From contig CAWFSF010000006.1 of the NCBI GenBank assembly GCA_963818475.1, forward strand, positions 768,001 through 832,000: DNA of 64,000 nt, given 5' to 3'. Both the position numbers and the translations under genes were made by a program. This stretch comes from Nitrospirota bacterium. Its GTDB lineage: Bacteria > Nitrospirota > UBA9217. Below are positions 61,601 to 64,000 of this stretch, in pieces. Position 1 is the stretch's first letter, and every line of letters begins with the position of its first letter. The notes beneath the pieces were generated by a model. That model was not told the DNA's origin. It was given only the letters and a program-made list of their open reading frames with translations, and searched no databases.

Positions 61601-62601
61601 GACAGCCACATCATCGGGCATATGGGGCAGTTTGGCCTGGACGTATGACGGGGTAGGGAACAGGCAGACAGAGAATGCGAGTGCCTATACGTATTACCAG
61701 AATACCAATAAGCTGAATACTGCCAATGGAATGTCTTTCGGATACGACAACAACGGAAATACGACGACAGAAGCTGCACGACAGTATGTCTACAATCAAA
61801 ACCAGCGATTGATCCAGGTGAATGACGGGTCAATGACGGCCAATTACACCTACAACGGCAACGGCCAGCGGGTGAAGAAGATCGTGAATGGAACAACGAC
61901 GATCTTCCATTACAGCCTGAGCGGACAGATCATTGCAGAGTCGAATAGCGCTGGAACTATCACAGCGGAATATGTATACTTCAATGGTCAACCGTTGGCG
62001 AAGCTGGAGGGGGCGAATACGTACTACTATCACAACGATCATTTAGGTACACCGCAGAAGCTTACCGACTCAACCGGCACCGTCGTCTGGGCTGCGGACT
62101 ACAAACCCTTCGGAGAAGCGACCGTCACAGTCGCCACGATCACGAATAATCTGCGATTCCCAGGACAGTACTTCGATGCTGAGACAGGGCTGCAATTACA
62201 ATTATTTCCGTGATTATAATCCTGCCATCGGTAGTTACATTGAGGCTGACCCTTGGAATTCAGGAGTAAACCGGCGGTCTCGATCCCGTTTTAAAATGAG
62301 TATACGTGTACTTGGACCAGCGATTCTAGATGATATGAATTCGTACTCATATGTCCACAACAATCCAAATAGATATATAGATGTCTTTGGGTTGACGTCA
62401 GATGCTGGAAAAGATGATCCAGATAAGTATGATCCAGAAAAATACGACCCAGATATTAATGACCCCCAATATTGTCAAAAAAAATTAGTAATAGATACTC
62501 TTGTCTGCGAAAAGGAATGTAATCTTGCAAAAAAAGTTATTTGTAAGTGGAAGGCCATTTTTAAAATGGATCAATGTCTTGCTGACCAGATAGGTAAGTA
62601 G
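58658..62601 (+). CDS. RHS/YD-repeat protein with Sec-type signal peptide, DUF6531-like domain, RHS core and short Cys-rich C-terminal tip (frameshifts near 59640, 61005, 62195)
   Basis: GGAGG RBS and signal MRRNIVVLFILFLCLGALSPMAALA. GKPINLLAG..RIYNS..SPLGYGW, many YxYD repeats, YYYHNDHLGTP..NLRFPGQYFDAETGL, and NNPNRYIDVFGL (PxxxxDxxGL cleavage motif). Confidence 0.9.
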
Positions 62602-62606
62602 GGGGG

Positions 62607-63038
62607 ATGAGAATGAGAAAAAAAATAGTATCAATTGTATTAGTGATGTTATCGCCACTAATTTATTATTATTTGACATTCTTGTTTAGAGTAAATATTA
62701 CGTATCAACTAATATATAGTTTTGAAATTAAATCAAAAATACTAGTTGCGAGTGTTATCCTCTTGAGTGATTTTGTGTGCGCAATTATTATTGCTGGTGT
62801 TACTGCATGGCCACTTAGCTATTTATTTAAATTTAAACCGACATATATTACACTAGTATTACTGATTACAATTTTAGGTTTTCCAGCTTTTACTTTTATC
62901 GTGCAGTCAAATTTTAATTATTTAGCATCTATAGATATTATTGGACAATTTGTTTCAGTATCGATTTTTATTTATTATTTTGCGAAGTTTGGTTATCGCG
63001 CAGCTCAAAAAAAGGATCATCAACTCATAAAATCTTAG
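62607..63038 (+). CDS. Putative immunity protein, about 4 TM helices
   Basis: Low-GC hydrophobic 143-aa ORF starting 5 nt after the RHS stop codon, with four hydrophobic stretches. Confidence 0.7.
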   Translation: MRMRKKIVSIVLVMLSPLIYYYLTFLFRVNITYQLIYSFEIKSKILVASVILLSDFVCAIIIAGVTAWPLSYLFKFKPTYITLVLLITILGFPAFTFIVQSNFNYLASIDIIGQFVSVSIFIYYFAKFGYRAAQKKDHQLIKS

Positions 63039-63097
63039 GTAAGTGGCCTCTTTCTCTGTCTGCTTGCGCTTCGGTGCGCGGGAGTCGCGTGGGCTGA

Positions 63098-63268
63098 CCC
63101 CGCCTAATTTATGCGTATATTTGCGAGTTAGATTGTCAGCATCATTTGGACTGGCGATTCAAGGGTAAAGTTACATTGGATACGCCGTATTATACTCAGA
63201 CTACAACTATAACAGAACTATGGATTCCATTGTGGCAAGAACCAACTGGTCCCGGGGAGATGATATGA
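63098..63268 (+). pseudogene. Start-less ORF fragment, possibly an orphan toxin C-terminal remnant
   Basis: Open frame PRLIYAYICELDCQHHLDWRFKGKVTLDTPYYTQTTTITELWIPLWQEPTGPGEMI. Its TGA overlaps the ATG of the next gene (ATGA). Confidence 0.4.
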
Positions 63269-64000
63269 AAAAATGTAAACCATGCCCTGTATTAGTAACA
63301 ACTATGATGATAACATTACTGTGCGTTGCTGTTCTTGGTACTAATTGCATAGCCTTTCCAGCCAATCTTCAAATTGCTATGGAAAAGAACAATGTGATTG
63401 CGGAAAAAAATGTTGCTTCATCTAATTCTAAATCCGCAAAGAACGTGATTTTCGAAATAATTGGTGAAAACGGCGAGCCGTTACGAGGGGCCTCAATAGA
63501 CGTCTTTAACATTAATGGTGCAAAAACGACTTTTTATTTAAAGGAGATGTTAACCAATAAAGATGGTAAAATGACGGCGTCAATAGATTTGCCGTCATTG
63601 CCTTCAGAAACACAAATAGGGATTCTTTCTGAAGATAATTTTTACTGCTATTATGCAAAGATTACAGATCTAATCGTAAGCAATGGGACCGTAAGGATGA
63701 CTGTTCCTAAGTCCGGTATTATATTGGCTACTTTAAAAAAATATCCTACCCGAATAAAAAAACCGGTAGTAGCTGAAATATTTAAGAAGAATAATGGAGG
63801 TAGATACGAAAGTTATAAAGGGATCGGATTTTTTTTGAGCGAAGGTAAACTTGAGGTGGAGTGTTTGCCAGCCGGTATATATAAAATTCAAATTAAAAAT
63901 AGTTATGATTCATCGACATTCCTCTTTGAAAAAGAAAACATTAAAGTTACGTCTGGAATAAAAACTGATTTAGATGGAATTGATTTGACTGATGATTTGA
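63265..64000 (+). CDS. Low-GC secreted hypothetical protein with carboxypeptidase-regulatory-like beta domains (3' partial; absent from the ORF track)
   Basis: Frame open from ATG 63265 to the window end: MKKCKPCPVLVTTMMITLLCVAVLG.., then ENGEPLRGASI..TNKDGK and LPAGIYKIQI motifs. GGGGAG RBS upstream. Confidence 0.7.
   Translation, partial: MKKCKPCPVLVTTMMITLLCVAVLGTNCIAFPANLQIAMEKNNVIAEKNVASSNSKSAKNVIFEIIGENGEPLRGASIDVFNINGAKTTFYLKEMLTNKDGKMTASIDLPSLPSETQIGILSEDNFYCYYAKITDLIVSNGTVRMTVPKSGIILATLKKYPTRIKKPVVAEIFKKNNGGRYESYKGIGFFLSEGKLEVECLPAGIYKIQIKNSYDSSTFLFEKENIKVTSGIKTDLDGIDLTDDL

Noticed and set aside
58658-62601. RHS gene as a T6SS effector or Tc toxin C subunit
   Set aside because: There is no PAAR, VgrG, chaperone or TcA/TcB gene here, and the protein begins with a Sec-like signal.

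Overview
This 64 kb window is bacterial and GC-rich. The gene content suggests an anaerobic Nitrospirota/Desulfobacterota-like organism, but that is inference only. About 20 genes carry single-base frameshifts, most likely uncorrected long-read errors. Bases 1-51 kb are mostly housekeeping: larE, purD/purE, tsaC, PIN-PhoH, nfnAB-like genes, system II cytochrome c biogenesis, argD/argF, EF-G2, three M16 peptidases, dut, mutL-miaA-hfq, mtnP, a tgl/rodZ block and copA. Four things stand out. (1) An aspartate-family operon (hom...thrC...apgM-like...lysC-cimA) contains a complete ubiquitin-like sulfur relay: TusA, E1/MoeB, a JAB protease, a MoaD-like carrier ending GG-RG, and a NIL protein. This points to thiocarboxylate-dependent homocysteine synthesis from O-phosphohomoserine. 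(2) An accessory locus at 52-64 kb encodes a giant secreted protein (14 RCC1 repeats, Ig, beta-helix and FlgD-Ig domains), a Cys-repeat peptide, and an RHS protein with a Sec-type signal and a tiny Cys-rich tip. A 4-TM immunity candidate and an orphan tip/partner module follow, with no T6SS genes nearby. (3) A decayed integron lies at 19.6-20.4 kb. (4) Several families of heptamer- and nonamer-periodic inverted-repeat elements are scattered between genes, and one sits in frame inside mutL. No rRNA, tRNA or CRISPR array was seen.
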